NCBI GenBank assembly: GCA_963810735.1
Contig: CAWEOR010000003.1
Span: forward strand, 295,928 to 359,927
Length of the DNA stretch: 64,000 nt
Direction: 5' to 3'
DNA from: an uncultured Solirubrobacteraceae bacterium
Lineage (GTDB): Bacteria; Actinomycetota; Thermoleophilia; Solirubrobacterales; Solirubrobacteraceae
Below are positions 62,921 to 64,000 of this stretch, in pieces. A program made the translations under genes and the position numbers. The notes under the pieces were generated by a model. It saw nothing but the letters and a program-made list of their open reading frames with translations, did not search any database and was not told the DNA's origin. Numbering within the stretch: the first letter of the stretch is position 1; every line of letters begins with the position of its first letter.

Positions 62921-64000
62921 CTACCGACGGCTCGCACCCGAGCGCCGGGCACCTGCTGGGTGATGCAGTGGATGTTGCCGCCGCCGAGCAGGATCTCGCG
63001 GGCGGGGACGCCCACCACCTCGCGCTCGGGGAAGCAGCCGCGCAGGACCGTCGCGGCCTGCCTCGTCGTAGCGCTCGTCGAGCAGCGGGAAGACGATGCG
63101 GCCGTTGGCGGGATAGAAGTTGACGTAGGAGGCGGCGAGGCGGTCGCCGGCGCGGCGCGGCAGGCTGCCGGGCACCGCGTCGACCACGCCTGCGCCTCCT
63201 CCGCGGTGATCGTGATCGGCCCCGGCGAGGGCAGGCGCATCACCTCGATCGAGCGGCCGCGCGCGTCGGTCGCCGCTCGCAGTCGCTCGAGCGCGTCGCG
63301 TGAGATCGCGTGCTGGGGGTCGGACTGGTCCTCGCTCCAGGTGAGCAGCACGACGCCGGGCCGGGCGAAGCAGGCGAGGTTGTCGATGTGCCCGTCGGTC
63401 TCGTCGTCGATAGACGCCGCGGCCGAGCCAGATCACCTTCTCGGCGCCGAGGTGCTCGAACAGCGCGCGCTCGATCTGCTCGCGCGAGTAGCTCGGGGTT
63501 GCGGTTCGGGTTCAGCAGGCACTCTTCGGTCGTCATCACGGTGCCCTCGCCGTCGACGTGGATCGAGCCGCCCTCGAGCACGATCGGCGCGCGGTAGCGC
63601 TCGGCGCCTTCGATCTCGAGGACCTTCGCGGCGACGCGCTCGTCGCGGTCCCAGCGGGAAGTACAGGCCGCCGTCGAGCCCGCCCCAGGCGTTGAAGCGC
63701 CAGTCGACGCCGCGCCGCCGCCCGTCCGCCGTCGACCACGAAGGTCGGGCCGGTGTCGCGCATCCAGGCGTCGTCGGTCGAGAGCTCGACCACGCGGATC
63801 GAGGGCGACAGCAGCGCGCGGCAGTGCTCGAACTGGCGCGTCGGAGACGCGCCATCGTGACCGGCTCGCAGGCGTTGATCGCCTCGGCCACGGCCGCGAA
63901 GGCGCTGCTGCGCCGGCTTCGCTCCCAGGCGCCAGTTGTCCGGCCGCTCGGGCCAGGCCATCCAGCAGCCCGCGTGCGGCTCGAACTCGCCGGGCATGCG
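62921..64000 (-). CDS. aguA: Agmatine deiminase (5'-truncated, frameshifts)
   Basis: [44 protein letters not shown]; 3' end approximate. Confidence 0.92.

Overview
This is a very GC-rich actinobacterial window; gene content and protein style suggest Thermoleophilia/Solirubrobacterales (inference). It looks like a long-read assembly, with scattered single-base frameshifts that become dense at about 45.6-54.7 kb and beyond 63 kb. Housekeeping blocks are relA-recJ-secDF-ruvBAC-yebC, pdxST-rpiB, pmm, ppx, lgt, a group-2 sigma factor and aguA. A copper-handling cluster at about 7.2-16.8 kb holds CtaG, a CopA with an extra C-terminal domain, CopZ, a DUF5134-like protein and several unknown membrane proteins. 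A SAM-I riboswitch leads a thrC-like gene plus a ubiquitin-like sulfur carrier, and there are several large secreted multidomain proteins. The best leads are: (1) a membrane-anchored RAPP-motif leader peptide in the copper cluster; (2) a transmembrane protein fusing a degenerate GGDEF domain to an apparently inactive Schlafen/AlbA_2 domain; (3) a GAA-versus-GAG codon switch that tracks extracytoplasmic domains, even within secDF; (4) a candidate sRNA and a sigma-28-type promoter beside a diguanylate cyclase; (5) a GCGAAGC double-hairpin element with a one-sided codon-decay gradient. No rRNA, tRNA, CRISPR array or transposase was seen. All calls come from reading the sequence; no searches were run.
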